Source: Gammaproteobacteria bacterium
GTDB lineage: Bacteria > Pseudomonadota > Gammaproteobacteria > JBCCGL01
Length of the DNA: 64,000 bases
Direction of reading: 5' to 3'
Assembly (NCBI GenBank): GCA_965277715.1
Contig: OZ255836.1
Location: 224,001-288,000, forward strand
Below, piece by piece: positions 1-10,591 of the stretch (positions are counted from its first letter, which is position 1; the number at the start of each line of letters is the position of its first letter). The position numbers were made by a program, and so were the translations under genes. The notes beneath the pieces were generated by a model. That model was not told the DNA's origin and did not search any database. It worked only from the letters and a program-made list of their open reading frames with translations.

Positions 1-189
1 GAAGCCACTGAGGCGCTGGCGATGATCGCCGATGAAGCCCTGCAAATTCACGGCGGCATGGGGCTAATGAATGACTTACCCCTGGAGCGCATCTGGCGGG
101 ATGCGCGTGTCGAACGTATCTGGGAAGGCACCAGTGAAGTGCAGCGTTTGATTATCTCACGCGCCATGCTGCGCCCGCTCGAAGTCTGA
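1..189 (+). CDS. acyl-CoA dehydrogenase, C-terminal part (runs off window start)
   Basis: Frame 1 reads EALQIHGGMGLMNDLPLERIWRDARVERIWEGTSEVQRLII, the ACAD C-terminal signature; TGA at 187-189. Confidence 0.9.
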   Translation, partial: EATEALAMIADEALQIHGGMGLMNDLPLERIWRDARVERIWEGTSEVQRLIISRAMLRPLEV

Positions 190-201
190 TTCCTGGCTTT
201 C

Positions 202-2253
202 ATGTCACTCTATCAATTACTCAATCCCCGGCATATTGCCGTCGTTGGCGGTCGCTCGGCTGAAGAGGTGATCCGCCAGTGTGACAAACTGGGCTTTGCC
301 GGTTCTGTCTATGCGGTCAATCCCCGCCGTGACACACTTGTAGGGCGCGACTGCTACGCCCGCCTGAGCGATTTGCCTGAGATGCCCGATGCCGTGTTTA
401 TCGGTGCGCCTGCCGAGGCGACTATCGCGCTTGTCGAAGACGTTGTGCGGCTTGGTTGCCACGGTGCGGTGTGTCTGGCATCCGGGTTTAGCGAAATCGG
501 CCAGCCGGGGGTTGAACGCCAGGCGGCGCTCGTCGCGGCGGCGGCGGGCACGCCGTTGATTGGCCCTAACTGCTACGGCGTCATTAATTACATGAATGGC
601 GCGGCTCTGTGGCCGGATCAGCACGGCGGCGAGCGCGTTGAGCACGGCGTGGCCATTATTACCCAAAGTGGCAATATGGCCGTTAACTTCACCATGCAGC
701 AACGCGGCATACCGTTGGCGATGCTGATTTGCCTCGGCAACCAGGCCAATGTGGGCATCCAGGATTGCGTGGCGGCTATGCTCGAAGACCCCCGCATCAC
801 TGCGATTGGCCTACATATTGAAGGGCTGAACGACATCGCTGCATTTACCGCTGTAGCCGCGCAGGCACTGCGCCTGAAAAAACCGATTGTGGCGCTGAAA
901 ACAGGTCGCTCGGCTGTTGGGGCCAGTATTGCGCAAAGCCATACCGCCTCACTGGTGGGAGCGGATAATCTGTTTGACGCACTGTTTCAGCGGCTGGGTA
1001 TCGCCCGTGTCGACAGCGTTGATGAATTTCTGGAAACACTCAAATTTCTCTCCTTTGCCGGGCCGATAAACAGCAACCACATCGCCTCAATGAGTTGTTC
1101 AGGTGGTGAGGCATCACTGATTGCCGATCTGGCGGAAAACAGCCGTCTTGTGTTTCCGGCTATTGGTGAGGCTCAACGACAGCAACTGCTTGCAGCGCTC
1201 GGCGAGCGGGTTAGCCTGTCTAACCCACTCGACTACCACACCTACGTCTGGGCTGACCAGGCGGCCATGTGCAAAGCGTTTACGGCGATGTTGCTCGGCG
1301 ATTACGCCGTGGCGTTTCTGGTTTATGACTTTCCGCGTGCCGACCGCTGCCGACAGGAGGATTGGTGGGCCGGTGTGCGCGCCTTTGCGCAAGCGGCGAA
1401 AACGGGCGACAGCGTTGCGGCGATACTGGCGACGATGAGTGAAACCATCGACGAGGCCACCGCCAAACAACTGATGGCTGAAGGAATAGTTCCGATGCTG
1501 GGAATGCAGCAGGCAATTGTTGCCCTGGAGAGTGCCCTGCAGATTGGTCGGGCGCAGCGGCAGCCCCCGTGCACACCGCAAATCGACCCCACATATCGCG
1601 CAGGTGGTGCACACAACCTCACTGAATGGCAGGCCACACAATTACTCCAGCAAGCGGGCCTGGGTGTCCCCCAAAATGCGCTGATAAGTACGGTCGATCA
1701 GGCGGTCACCGCAGCAACACACATTGGCTACCCGGTGGTAATGAAAATTGTTTCAAACGACGTTGTGCATAAGACCGATGCCGGTGGGGTAGTATTAGAC
1801 CTCGACAGTGCACAGGCGGTACGCGATGCAGCGACGCATCTACTCACCCTGTCCAGCCAGTTGATGGTAGCGCGGATGGTGCAGGCTGCCGTGGCCGAAA
1901 TGATCGTGGGCGTATCGCGTGACCCCTTGTTTGGCCCCTATATGATGATCGGGCTGGGTGGGATTAGCGTTGAACTGATTGCCGACCGCCGCATTTTATT
2001 ATTGCCGACCTCTGAGCAGGCAGTGCGTGAAGCGTTGTTAGGTCTCAGGTTGGCGCCCCTGCTACAGGGGTATCGTGGGCGACCAGTGGCCGATATCGAT
2101 GCACTAGTCGAGGCCGTATTGGCGATTGCCCGTTTTGTCGATCAACACAGCGAGGCGATTATGGATATGGAAGTGAACCCGCTGTTGGTCTGTCGACAGG
2201 GAGAGGGAGCCTGGGTGGCCGATGCTTTTATGAACATTATTGGTGAAATATAA
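202..2253 (+). CDS. NDP-forming acyl-CoA synthetase (acetate--CoA ligase family, fused alpha/beta)
   Basis: CoA-binding N-terminus, GPNCYG, SHTASL phospho-His, NPLDY, ATP-grasp HKTDAGGV. Confidence 0.9.
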   Translation: MSLYQLLNPRHIAVVGGRSAEEVIRQCDKLGFAGSVYAVNPRRDTLVGRDCYARLSDLPEMPDAVFIGAPAEATIALVEDVVRLGCHGAVCLASGFSEIGQPGVERQAALVAAAAGTPLIGPNCYGVINYMNGAALWPDQHGGERVEHGVAIITQSGNMAVNFTMQQRGIPLAMLICLGNQANVGIQDCVAAMLEDPRITAIGLHIEGLNDIAAFTAVAAQALRLKKPIVALKTGRSAVGASIAQSHTASLVGADNLFDALFQRLGIARVDSVDEFLETLKFLSFAGPINSNHIASMSCSGGEASLIADLAENSRLVFPAIGEAQRQQLLAALGERVSLSNPLDYHTYVWADQAAMCKAFTAMLLGDYAVAFLVYDFPRADRCRQEDWWAGVRAFAQAAKTGDSVAAILATMSETIDEATAKQLMAEGIVPMLGMQQAIVALESALQIGRAQRQPPCTPQIDPTYRAGGAHNLTEWQATQLLQQAGLGVPQNALISTVDQAVTAATHIGYPVVMKIVSNDVVHKTDAGGVVLDLDSAQAVRDAATHLLTLSSQLMVARMVQAAVAEMIVGVSRDPLFGPYMMIGLGGISVELIADRRILLLPTSEQAVREALLGLRLAPLLQGYRGRPVADIDALVEAVLAIARFVDQHSEAIMDMEVNPLLVCRQGEGAWVADAFMNIIGEI

Positions 2254-2265
2254 GGTTTAAAGACT

Positions 2266-3051
2266 ATGAGTGAATCAGCACTGCACGTTGAACGCAACGG
2301 GAATATCCTGGAAGTGACGCTGAACAGGCCCAAGGCAAACGCCATTGACGCGGCAACCAGCCGCCAGATGGGCGATGTTTTTGCCACATTTCGGGATGAC
2401 CCGGCATTGCGTTGTGCCATATTAACCGCCACAGGCGAGAAGTTTTTTTGCCCCGGCTGGGATCTAAAAGCCGCCGCTGAAGGCGAGGCGGCCAACTCGG
2501 ATTACGGGGTCGGTGGCTTCGGTGGTTTGCAGGAACTGCCCAATTTGAATAAACCCGTGATTGCCGCCGTCAACGGCCTTGCCTTTGGTGGCGGTTTCGA
2601 GTTAATGATATCCGCCGATATTATTATCGCCGCAGAACACGCCACCTTTGCGTTGCCTGAAATCAATTCCGGGGTGATTGCCGATGCCGCTACCCTGAAA
2701 CTCCCCAAACGTATTCCCTACCATATTGCGCTGGATATGCTCTTTACGGGCCGGGTGCTCGATGCAGAAGAGGGTGCCCGCTGGGGGTTTATCAATGAGA
2801 TCGTACCGGCGGATCAACTCATGGTGCGCGCCAGAGAAAAAGCGCGGCTATTGGCCGCTGGCCCACCGCTGGTATTTGCAGCGATCAAGGAAGTGCTGCG
2901 CGAGAGTGAAAACCTGACGTTTCACGATGCACTGGCGAAGATGAACCGCGAGGAATTCCCTACCATTGCCACACTTTACCATTCACAAGACCAGCTTGAA
3001 GGGGCGCGTGCATTTGCTGAAAAGCGCGCACCGGTTTGGAAGGGATGTTAA
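2266..3051 (+). CDS. caiD: carnitinyl-CoA dehydratase / crotonobetainyl-CoA hydratase (crotonase)
   Basis: RPKANAIDAATS, FFCPGWDLKAAAEGE, GGGFE motifs typical of CaiD-like crotonases. Confidence 0.8.
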   Translation: MSESALHVERNGNILEVTLNRPKANAIDAATSRQMGDVFATFRDDPALRCAILTATGEKFFCPGWDLKAAAEGEAANSDYGVGGFGGLQELPNLNKPVIAAVNGLAFGGGFELMISADIIIAAEHATFALPEINSGVIADAATLKLPKRIPYHIALDMLFTGRVLDAEEGARWGFINEIVPADQLMVRAREKARLLAAGPPLVFAAIKEVLRESENLTFHDALAKMNREEFPTIATLYHSQDQLEGARAFAEKRAPVWKGC

Positions 3052-3088
3052 GTTTAACCCGCCTGTTCATATCGTTGAGTCTATTGTC

Positions 3089-3940
3089 TTGAGCCCAATA
3101 CAACACAAAAAAGGTCGTTTATTCAGAGACCTGCACACTGCCGAAGGTATTTTTGTGATGCCCAATGCATGGAATGCGGGCAGCGCTTGTATGTTGGAGG
3201 CCGCCGGTTTTCAGGCGATTGGCACCACCAGCGCGGGCATTGCCTTCTGTGCCGGGCTGCCGGACTATGAAGGTGCGTTGACGCTGGACGCTGCACTGGC
3301 GGAAACGCACCGCATCGCGCAGGCGGTGAATATACCCGTGAGTGCCGATGCCGAAAACGGTTATGGACATGAACCGGAGGCGGTGAGTGATACCATCCGC
3401 CTTATTGCCGACAGCGGTGCAGTAGGGGCCAGCATCGAGGATTTTGCCGCCAGCTACGGCAGTGGCCTATACCCCCGCGATCACGCTGTAGCACGTATTG
3501 CTGCGGCGAAGGCAGCGGCGGATGGGCTCGAATGCCCGTTTACCTTAACAGCCAGGGCGGAGTGCTACCTGATTGATCACCCCGACCCCTTTGCCGAGTC
3601 AGTGATACGCGCCAATGCCTACCGGGAAGCGGGTGCCGATTGTCTGTATGTACCCGGTGTGAAAGATGCCGATACCATTGCGGCTTTGGTCAGGGAAATT
3701 GACGGGCCGATTAACGTGGTTATGGGGTTGGCGGGGGCGCCTATTAGTGTTGCCCAGCTCGAAGATCTGGGGGTGAAACGGGTGAGTATTGGGGGTTCTT
3801 TGGCGAGGGCCACGTTTGGCGTTATTCAGCGGGCGGCTGAAGAGCTGCAACAGCATGGTACGTTTGGGTTTGCTGAGCAGCAGGTGCCTGATAGTGTGCT
3901 TTGTGCGTTTTTTTCGGGTCGTTCTTCGGCGACGACTTAA
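3089..3940 (+). CDS. isocitrate lyase/PEP mutase family protein
   Basis: PNAWNAGSA, GTTSAGIA, DAENGYG, SIED, RVSIG motifs; TTG start at 3089 inferred to avoid overlap with caiD. Confidence 0.85.
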   Translation: MSPIQHKKGRLFRDLHTAEGIFVMPNAWNAGSACMLEAAGFQAIGTTSAGIAFCAGLPDYEGALTLDAALAETHRIAQAVNIPVSADAENGYGHEPEAVSDTIRLIADSGAVGASIEDFAASYGSGLYPRDHAVARIAAAKAAADGLECPFTLTARAECYLIDHPDPFAESVIRANAYREAGADCLYVPGVKDADTIAALVREIDGPINVVMGLAGAPISVAQLEDLGVKRVSIGGSLARATFGVIQRAAEELQQHGTFGFAEQQVPDSVLCAFFSGRSSATT

Positions 3941-4156
3941 ACGCTATGCCCAATCCGAACACCTCGTCATTGGCGCTAACCGACTGTTTGGGGTAGTTAG
4001 CTGACGCTTTTAACACCAATTCATGCTCATCACCACCAGGCAACTTTTCACCAAGTGGAGTGAACGCTCTCCCAGCGTTTTTACTCCTCTCCTCGTTACG
4101 ATACCTTGGTACTTATCTGCCCGTATCAATGTTACTGCTCGAAGGATAAAGGGGCT

Positions 4157-4582
4157 TTATACTTTACTGCTGAGGTCTGCCAGTTTTATCAATGCCTGGC
4201 GCAGGCGCTGGTTTTCAATGGATGAGGCGGTCGATCGGATGATCTTTTGGGTGTGCGCTGATAACGGGAGGGCGGTGGTGCGCGGTTTGGTTGCAGGTTT
4301 TGCCACGCTGTGTGCTGGGTGGGTGGTGACTTTGATGGTGCGGAATTGGGTTAATCCGTTGTTGTGTAAAACGGTGAGAATGGCATCTGTGTAAAAGCGC
4401 AGGCGGCTGCTGTGTGCCGCGCTGTCAGTGGCTAGGTTAAGGGTTGACTCACTGCTACTGATGTATTCAATATGTGCTGTAAAATCAATGGGTAAACACT
4501 CTCCCACTAGGGACATGATGCGTGTGCCAGCGGATATATTCGCGTAAATAGTGGGGGCGATCAGTGTGTTTAACTTTTTCAT
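4157..4582 (-). CDS. DciA/DUF721-family protein
   Basis: 141 aa with LNLATDSAAHSSRLRF motif and LRQALIKLA tail, divergent from an M23 peptidase as in the usual lpxC-secA interval. Confidence 0.7.
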   Translation of the reverse strand: MKKLNTLIAPTIYANISAGTRIMSLVGECLPIDFTAHIEYISSSESTLNLATDSAAHSSRLRFYTDAILTVLHNNGLTQFRTIKVTTHPAHSVAKPATKPRTTALPLSAHTQKIIRSTASSIENQRLRQALIKLADLSSKV

Positions 4583-4683
4583 TGTATTTCTATTTTTACT
4601 TAAGTTGCTGGTTTATAAGTAGGCTGTTAAACGGCACTTATTTGATTTATTATGGCCGGTCTTGTGCATAGCTTTTACTCACT

Positions 4684-5625
4684 GTGATGAATATTATTTT
4701 GCTAACTGAACGCCGGGGAACGCCGGTGACCCATCAACTTAACACCAGGTTTCAGTTTACTGTGTTATTGATGGCCTTTGCCAGTGTTTGCGTTGGTTTG
4801 TGTTATTTGGGGTATTGGTTTGGCGTTGATCGTGGCCAGGCGCAGGCAGCGCAACAGCAGGCGCCTGCCTATGTATACAATTGGCATGGAGAGCTGGATA
4901 CACAACAATATTCACCGAGCATAGAACAGCAGGCACAGGCGGATATCGATGCGCTAACGCGCCGTTTGGGGCTGATGCAGGGGCATATCACGCGGTTGGA
5001 CGCTCTGGGCCAAAAACTGGTGGACATGGCTGGTCTGGATAGTGATGAATTCAATTTTGACGCTGTTCCGGCACTCGGCGGCCCCGATGCACAGGATAAC
5101 TACCAATCACTTAATATTCCCGAGCTGACCAAGGCAATATCCCGGCTTGTCGAACAAATCGAAGACCGCGAGCAACAGCTCACTGTGCTGGAACAGTTGG
5201 TGATGAACCGCAATCTGGCCGCTGAAGTACTGCCCTCGGGGCGACCTGTGACAAAGGGTTTTATCTCCTCCGGGTATGGCAGCCGTATAAGCTCGTTTAC
5301 GGGTAAACAACAATTTCACAAGGGAGTGGATTTTGCCGGCAAGGTGAACAGTGAAATCATCGTTGTCGCCGGTGGGGTTGTCACTTATTCAGGACGGCAA
5401 AGTGGTTACGGCTATGTGTTGGAAGTCAGCCATGGAGATGGTTATTCAACACGCTATGCGCACAATGCCAAAAACCTTGTGGGAGTGGGTGATGCGGTTA
5501 AAAAAGGACAGGTGATTGCGTTAATGGGATCGACAGGGCGCTCTACCGGGCCGCATGTACATTTTGAGGTACTTAAAAACGGCACGCAGATTAATCCCGG
5601 CAAGTATATCGTCAAGTCAAATTAA
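4684..5625 (+). CDS. M23 family metallopeptidase (TM + coiled coil + M23)
   Basis: HKGVD, YAH, STGPHVHFEV motifs. Confidence 0.92.
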   Translation: MMNIILLTERRGTPVTHQLNTRFQFTVLLMAFASVCVGLCYLGYWFGVDRGQAQAAQQQAPAYVYNWHGELDTQQYSPSIEQQAQADIDALTRRLGLMQGHITRLDALGQKLVDMAGLDSDEFNFDAVPALGGPDAQDNYQSLNIPELTKAISRLVEQIEDREQQLTVLEQLVMNRNLAAEVLPSGRPVTKGFISSGYGSRISSFTGKQQFHKGVDFAGKVNSEIIVVAGGVVTYSGRQSGYGYVLEVSHGDGYSTRYAHNAKNLVGVGDAVKKGQVIALMGSTGRSTGPHVHFEVLKNGTQINPGKYIVKSN

Positions 5626-5660
5626 CCCATCTATTCCAACACTCTATAGATAAGCTGTAA

Positions 5661-7595
5661 TTACCGTACCGCCCGGTTTTCGATTAGATTGTCAACCACC
5701 GATGGATCGGCCAGGGTCGAGGTATCACCCAGGTTTTCAAGTTCATTTTCTGCCACTTTGCGCAGAATGCGCCGCATGATTTTCCCCGACCGCGTTTTTG
5801 GTAACCCTGGCGCCCACTGGATAATATCCGGTGAGGCGATTGGCCCAATCTCTTTGCGCACGTGCTGTACCAGTGCGGTGCGCAATGCATCGCTACTGTC
5901 GATTCCTTTCATCAATGTGACATAGGCGTAGATGCCCTGGCCTTTGATCTCGTGGGGAAAACCGACGACTGCCGCCTCTGCCACTGCCTCGTGCAGTACT
6001 AAGGCACTCTCCACTTCGGCTGTGCCCATACGGTGCCCGGAAACATTGATCACATCGTCAACACGGCCTGTAATCCACCAGTAGCCGTCTTCGTCGCGGC
6101 GCGCACCGTCGCCGGTAAAGTAGTTGCCGGGGTACATTTGAAAATAGGTGTCGTAGAAGCGCTGTGGGTCACCGTAGACGCCGCGCATTTGCCCCGGCCA
6201 CGAGCGGGTTATTATCAGGTTACCGGATGTGGCCCCCGGCAATTGCTCGCCCTGCTCATCGACAAGCGCGGGGACGATGCCAAAAAATGGCCGTGTGGCC
6301 GAGCCTGGCTTGGTGGCTGTCGCGCCCGGTAGAGGGGTGATAAGGATGCCGCCGGTTTCGGTTTGCCACCAGGTATCGACAATTGGGCAGCGCGCATCAC
6401 CGACGACCTTGTGATACCAGGCCCAGGCTTCAGGGTTTATCGGTTCGCCGACCGAACCGAGCAGGCGCAGGCTGCTGCGGCTGGTGGCTGTGACGGGCTC
6501 ATCCCCCTGGCTCATCAGAGCGCGAATCGCGGTGGGCGCGGTGTAGAAGATGTTTACCTGGTGTTTGTCGATGACTTGCCAAAAGCGGCCGGCATCCGGG
6601 TAGGTGGGGATACCCTCAAACATCAAGGTGGTAGCACCATTGGCGAGTGGACCGTAGACGATGTAGGAATGGCCCGTCACCCAGCCGACATCGGCGGTAC
6701 ACCAGTAAATATCCCCATCGTGGTAGTCGAATACGTATTTGTGTGTCATGGCGGCGTACAGAATGTACCCCCCGCTGGTGTGCAGCACGCCCTTGGGTTT
6801 ACCCGTAGAACCTGATGTGTACAAAATAAACAGCGGGTCCTCGGCGCTCATTGCCTCGGCGGGACAGTCATCAGAGGCGGCATTAACCGCCTGGTGGTAC
6901 CAGACATCCCGGCCCTCTTGCCAGGTGACGGGTTCGCCGCCGCGCCTGACGACGATCATGTGTTGAATCGATGGAGTGTCTTCGCAGGCGGTATCGGCGT
7001 TGTCTTTGAGTGGCACCGCTTTACCGCCGCGAATGCTTTGGTCGGCGGTAATTAGGATGGAGCAGGCGGAGTCATTAATTCTGTCGCGCAATGCCTCGGC
7101 GGAAAAGCCGCCAAATACAACGGAGTGGATGGCACCGATGCGGGTGCAGGCGAGCATTGCCACGGCGGCCTCCGGCACCATGGGCATGTACAGGCAGATG
7201 CGGTCGCCCTTTTTGGCACCGTGTGCTTTTAGTACGTTGGCGAACCGACAGACTTCGGCGTGCAGCTCGCGGTAGGTGATTTTTTTGTCTTCGCCGGGGT
7301 TGTCGCCTTCCCAGATAATTGCAATCTGGTCACCACGCGTTTGCAGGTGGCGATCAAGGCAGTTGTAGGAGACGTTGAGGGTGGCGCCTTCAAACCAGCG
7401 GATGTGGGCTTTGTGGTAGTCGACATCCTGCACTTTGTCCCAGGGGGTGAACCAGTCGATAAATTTCTCTGCCTGTTCTGCCCAAAATGTATCCGGTTCG
7501 TCGATTGACTGCTGGTACATTGCCTGGTACTGCGCATCGGTAAGGTGTGTGCGGCTGGCGGCAGCTTCGCTGACCGGGTAGATTTTGTCAGACAT
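5661..7595 (-). CDS. acs: acetyl-CoA synthetase
   Basis: [32 protein letters not shown]; start moved to MSDKIY behind an AAGGGG RBS. Confidence 0.97.
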   Translation of the reverse strand: MSDKIYPVSEAAASRTHLTDAQYQAMYQQSIDEPDTFWAEQAEKFIDWFTPWDKVQDVDYHKAHIRWFEGATLNVSYNCLDRHLQTRGDQIAIIWEGDNPGEDKKITYRELHAEVCRFANVLKAHGAKKGDRICLYMPMVPEAAVAMLACTRIGAIHSVVFGGFSAEALRDRINDSACSILITADQSIRGGKAVPLKDNADTACEDTPSIQHMIVVRRGGEPVTWQEGRDVWYHQAVNAASDDCPAEAMSAEDPLFILYTSGSTGKPKGVLHTSGGYILYAAMTHKYVFDYHDGDIYWCTADVGWVTGHSYIVYGPLANGATTLMFEGIPTYPDAGRFWQVIDKHQVNIFYTAPTAIRALMSQGDEPVTATSRSSLRLLGSVGEPINPEAWAWYHKVVGDARCPIVDTWWQTETGGILITPLPGATATKPGSATRPFFGIVPALVDEQGEQLPGATSGNLIITRSWPGQMRGVYGDPQRFYDTYFQMYPGNYFTGDGARRDEDGYWWITGRVDDVINVSGHRMGTAEVESALVLHEAVAEAAVVGFPHEIKGQGIYAYVTLMKGIDSSDALRTALVQHVRKEIGPIASPDIIQWAPGLPKTRSGKIMRRILRKVAENELENLGDTSTLADPSVVDNLIENRAVR

Positions 7596-7905
7596 TGTGT
7601 TCCCCTTTGGTGTTGTCATTTTCGGTGTTTTGATTTTGCTAACCGTATAATGAAACTGCTTGTGTTTTCAAGCCGACATTGGTCGATAGTGAGGAGGGAG
7701 GGTGAGGGTGCTTATGCCTGTTTACTTCGTGTACTGTCGATTTTGAGTTGACAGGCTATTCGTTTTAATAAGTTAGCTTCGTTGGAAAAGTGCTGGTAAC
7801 AAGGTAGGTACGCAATAGAGGCGTCAGAAATACACTTCGTGTTTTGCTGTAAAGCAGATACGCTAACTGATTTAGGATAATGCCAATGCGGTATATGATT
7901 TATTT

Positions 7906-9075
7906 ATGTCTGTAAGAGAATATTTTCACTTGCCCGCGATTGCTGCCGGTTTTGTCTGTGTGCTGGTCGGGTTTACCGGTTCGGCGGTGATTATTTTTCA
8001 AGCCGCGCAGGCGGCAGGGGCGACGACTGGGCAAGTCGGTTCCTGGATGATGGCGCTGGGGTTTGGTATGGGGGTGACGACTATCGGTCTGTCGTTGCGC
8101 TATAAGGCGCCCGTTATTACCGCCTGGTCGACGCCGGGGGCGGCGCTGTTGGTGACTTCGCTGTCGGGTGTTTCTATGGCCGAGGCGGTGGGGGCGTTTT
8201 TGTTTTCTGCGCTATTGATTACGCTCAGTGGAGTGAGCGGGTGGTTTGAGAAGGTGATCGATCGTATTCCTTTGCCGATTGCCGCCGCGATGCTGGCGGG
8301 GATTTTGTTTCGGTTTGGGGCCGATGTGTTTGTTGCAATGGCGTCGCAGTGGCTGCTGGTGCTGGCTATGTTTGTTGTGTATTTGCTGTGTAAACGCAGC
8401 TTGCCACGCTATGCCACTATTGCTGTTTTGGTGGTGGGGGTGTTGCTGAGCGGGGTGCAGGGTTTGTTGGATTTTTCCCATTTGACGTTTGTTATCGCCG
8501 CGCCGGTTTTTGTTGTGCCAGCGTTTTCACTGAGTACGCTGATTGGTGTGGGGGTGCCGCTGTTTGTTGTGACGATGGCGTCGCAGAATATTCCGGGTAT
8601 CGCGGCGTTGCGCACAGCCGGTTATCAAACCCCGTTGTCACCGTTGATTAGCTGGACGGGGATCGCGACGCTGGTGCTCGCGCCGCTGGGTGGGTTTGCG
8701 ATTAATCTGGCTGCGATTACGGCGGCGATTTGCACAGGCCCGGAGGCGCATGAGAACCCGGATAAACGCTATCTCGCGGGGCTTAGCGCTGGTTTTTTCT
8801 ATTTGTTAATGGGTGTTTGCGGCGCGACGGTAGCGGGTTTGTTTGCGGCGTTTCCCAATGCGTTTGTGTTGGCACTGGCCGGGCTGGCTCTGTTAGGGAC
8901 GATTGCGAGTAGTCTGCATACAGCGGTGTCTGAGGTCGGTACGCGTGAGGCGGCGGTAATTACATTTCTGGTCACGGCATCCGGGGTTACGCTGTTGGGT
9001 ATCGGTGCGGCGTTCTGGGGTTTGGTGGCAGGGGTTGTCGCTTTATGGGTTTTTGGATTTAGGCAGGCTGTGTGA
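7906..9075 (+). CDS. benE: benzoate/H+ symporter BenE family transporter
   Basis: AWSTPGAALL, TMASQNIPG, INLAAITAAIC, FLVTASG motifs. Confidence 0.88.
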   Translation: MSVREYFHLPAIAAGFVCVLVGFTGSAVIIFQAAQAAGATTGQVGSWMMALGFGMGVTTIGLSLRYKAPVITAWSTPGAALLVTSLSGVSMAEAVGAFLFSALLITLSGVSGWFEKVIDRIPLPIAAAMLAGILFRFGADVFVAMASQWLLVLAMFVVYLLCKRSLPRYATIAVLVVGVLLSGVQGLLDFSHLTFVIAAPVFVVPAFSLSTLIGVGVPLFVVTMASQNIPGIAALRTAGYQTPLSPLISWTGIATLVLAPLGGFAINLAAITAAICTGPEAHENPDKRYLAGLSAGFFYLLMGVCGATVAGLFAAFPNAFVLALAGLALLGTIASSLHTAVSEVGTREAAVITFLVTASGVTLLGIGAAFWGLVAGVVALWVFGFRQAV

Positions 9076-9148
9076 AAACACTGAACCGTATTATCTGGGT
9101 GCTATCCGGTGATGGTGCGGTTATAACGTTTAGAAAAAGTGGCGCGTA

Positions 9149-9781
9149 ATGAATAAAAAACCTGAAGGTATTTTGCCCCGTGTGAACACGCTGGCTGTTG
9201 GCGATAAGTCTGTCGGTATTTATGATGACTGGGCCAGTTTTTATGAAAGTGACTTACTGGATAAGTATGGGTATGTCTCACCAAAAATAAGTGCGGAGGC
9301 GTTTTATCAGGCGTTACCGGATCCCGCGTTGAAGATCATTGATTACGGGTGTGGCACGGGCCTGGTTGGCCAGGCGATGCAGGCGTTGGGTTATCGTTGT
9401 ATCGATGGCATTGATATTTCTGAAGGGATGTTGGCGCAGGCGCGCAGTAAAAATGTGTATCAGCAGTTGTTTTGTGGTGATTTGACGCAAGCGATCGATT
9501 TGCCCGATGAACACTATGATGGCGGTTTGTGTGTGGGGTCGATGGGGGCGGGGCATATCGATGCCGGGCATGTGCAGAGTCTGCTTCAACCGATTAAAAA
9601 TAGTGGGTTGTTTGTGTTGTATATGAATGATATGCACTATCAATCAGAAGGTTTTGCCGATCAGTTCAAGCAGCTTGAAGCGCGGGGTGTCTGGCGGATT
9701 GAGCGGCAGGAGCGGTCTAATTACATGTCTGAGCTGGATCGGCCTGGGTGGTTGGTGGTGGCGTATAAGTTGGCAGTATAA
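9149..9781 (+). CDS. class I SAM-dependent methyltransferase
   Basis: YDDWASFYE, IDYGCGTGLVG, GIDISEGML. Confidence 0.88.
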   Translation: MNKKPEGILPRVNTLAVGDKSVGIYDDWASFYESDLLDKYGYVSPKISAEAFYQALPDPALKIIDYGCGTGLVGQAMQALGYRCIDGIDISEGMLAQARSKNVYQQLFCGDLTQAIDLPDEHYDGGLCVGSMGAGHIDAGHVQSLLQPIKNSGLFVLYMNDMHYQSEGFADQFKQLEARGVWRIERQERSNYMSELDRPGWLVVAYKLAV

Positions 9782-10145
9782 TCTCTGTTTTTTTGAACTG
9801 CGTTGTTTTTACTCACCATAGCACCACGATGATTGCGCAAAAACGCCTTGCTCTGCCACGCTTGTGGGCTAACTGAACCCGTCAATATAAGGTAGACGGT
9901 GTACTAAGATATAGCGGCAGCGGAATAAGGTATCGGATGCGCCATTACGGTCAATGAGTGGGGTGATCCGCCCGGCCTGTTTGTGGTCGATGGTTATTCT
10001 GTTTTGTGCTTCGTGTGCAGGCCCTGCTGTCATTCTGGTAGCTAAGCGTGATTTTTGACTGGGGTTTTGCATGGTGATACTCAATAAATTCTGTTCGTAT
10101 TGATTTCAATTCAGGTGTAGCAAGCGGTTTCTATCTTATGCCAGT

Positions 10146-10185
10146 AAAACGAAGCTTAACTTCGTTTTTATAGAAGTCTAACTTC
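10146..10185. promoter_or_regulatory. tandem palindromic operators GAAG-N5-CTTC upstream of the XRE gene
   Basis: AAAACGAAG-CTTAA-CTTCGTTTT (10146-10168) and GAAG-TCTAA-CTTC (10173-10185), 22 bp apart. Confidence 0.65.
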
Positions 10186-10218
10186 AATATTCTGTTTGCC
10201 TCACTCCCGGAGAGGCAG

Positions 10219-10434
10219 ATGCAAACAAACTTGAAAACTCAGTTTGGCCTTAGGCTTAAAGTGCTTCGTAAACAGGCGGACTTAACGCAAGATCAGCTTG
10301 CCGAAAGCACAGGCTTGACCGTTGAGTCTATTAGCAATATTGAGCGAGGTGTGTTTGGCCCCAAATTTGATAATTTGGAAAATATCGCGAGGGTGATGAA
10401 CGTTGAGGTAAAAGTGTTATTTGATTTTGAGTAA
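10219..10434 (+). CDS. small XRE-family HTH regulator (RM controller C-protein-like)
   Basis: 71 aa FGLRLKVLRK..LTQDQLAE..ISNIERG..LENIARVMNV; GGAG RBS. Confidence 0.88.
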   Translation: MQTNLKTQFGLRLKVLRKQADLTQDQLAESTGLTVESISNIERGVFGPKFDNLENIARVMNVEVKVLFDFE

Positions 10435-10591
10435 TACAAGCCCGGTGACGGGTATCAAATAAATTAACAGCTAACACCACTCTCTTTTAGGAATTAAAAA
10501 GTGCCTGTCCTTGATAAATTGTCCTTGATAAATTTTGTCGAAGAAAACAAAGGTCTTTACTACAAGGCACTTCTATGAAGAGTAAGTTTCA

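Noticed and set aside
217-9821. Numerous antisense and overlapping ORFs in the track
   Set aside because: Shadows of well-supported genes on the other strand or frame
9869-10084. 71-aa ORF divergent from the XRE gene
   Set aside because: No recognisable motif; cannot be supported as a gene
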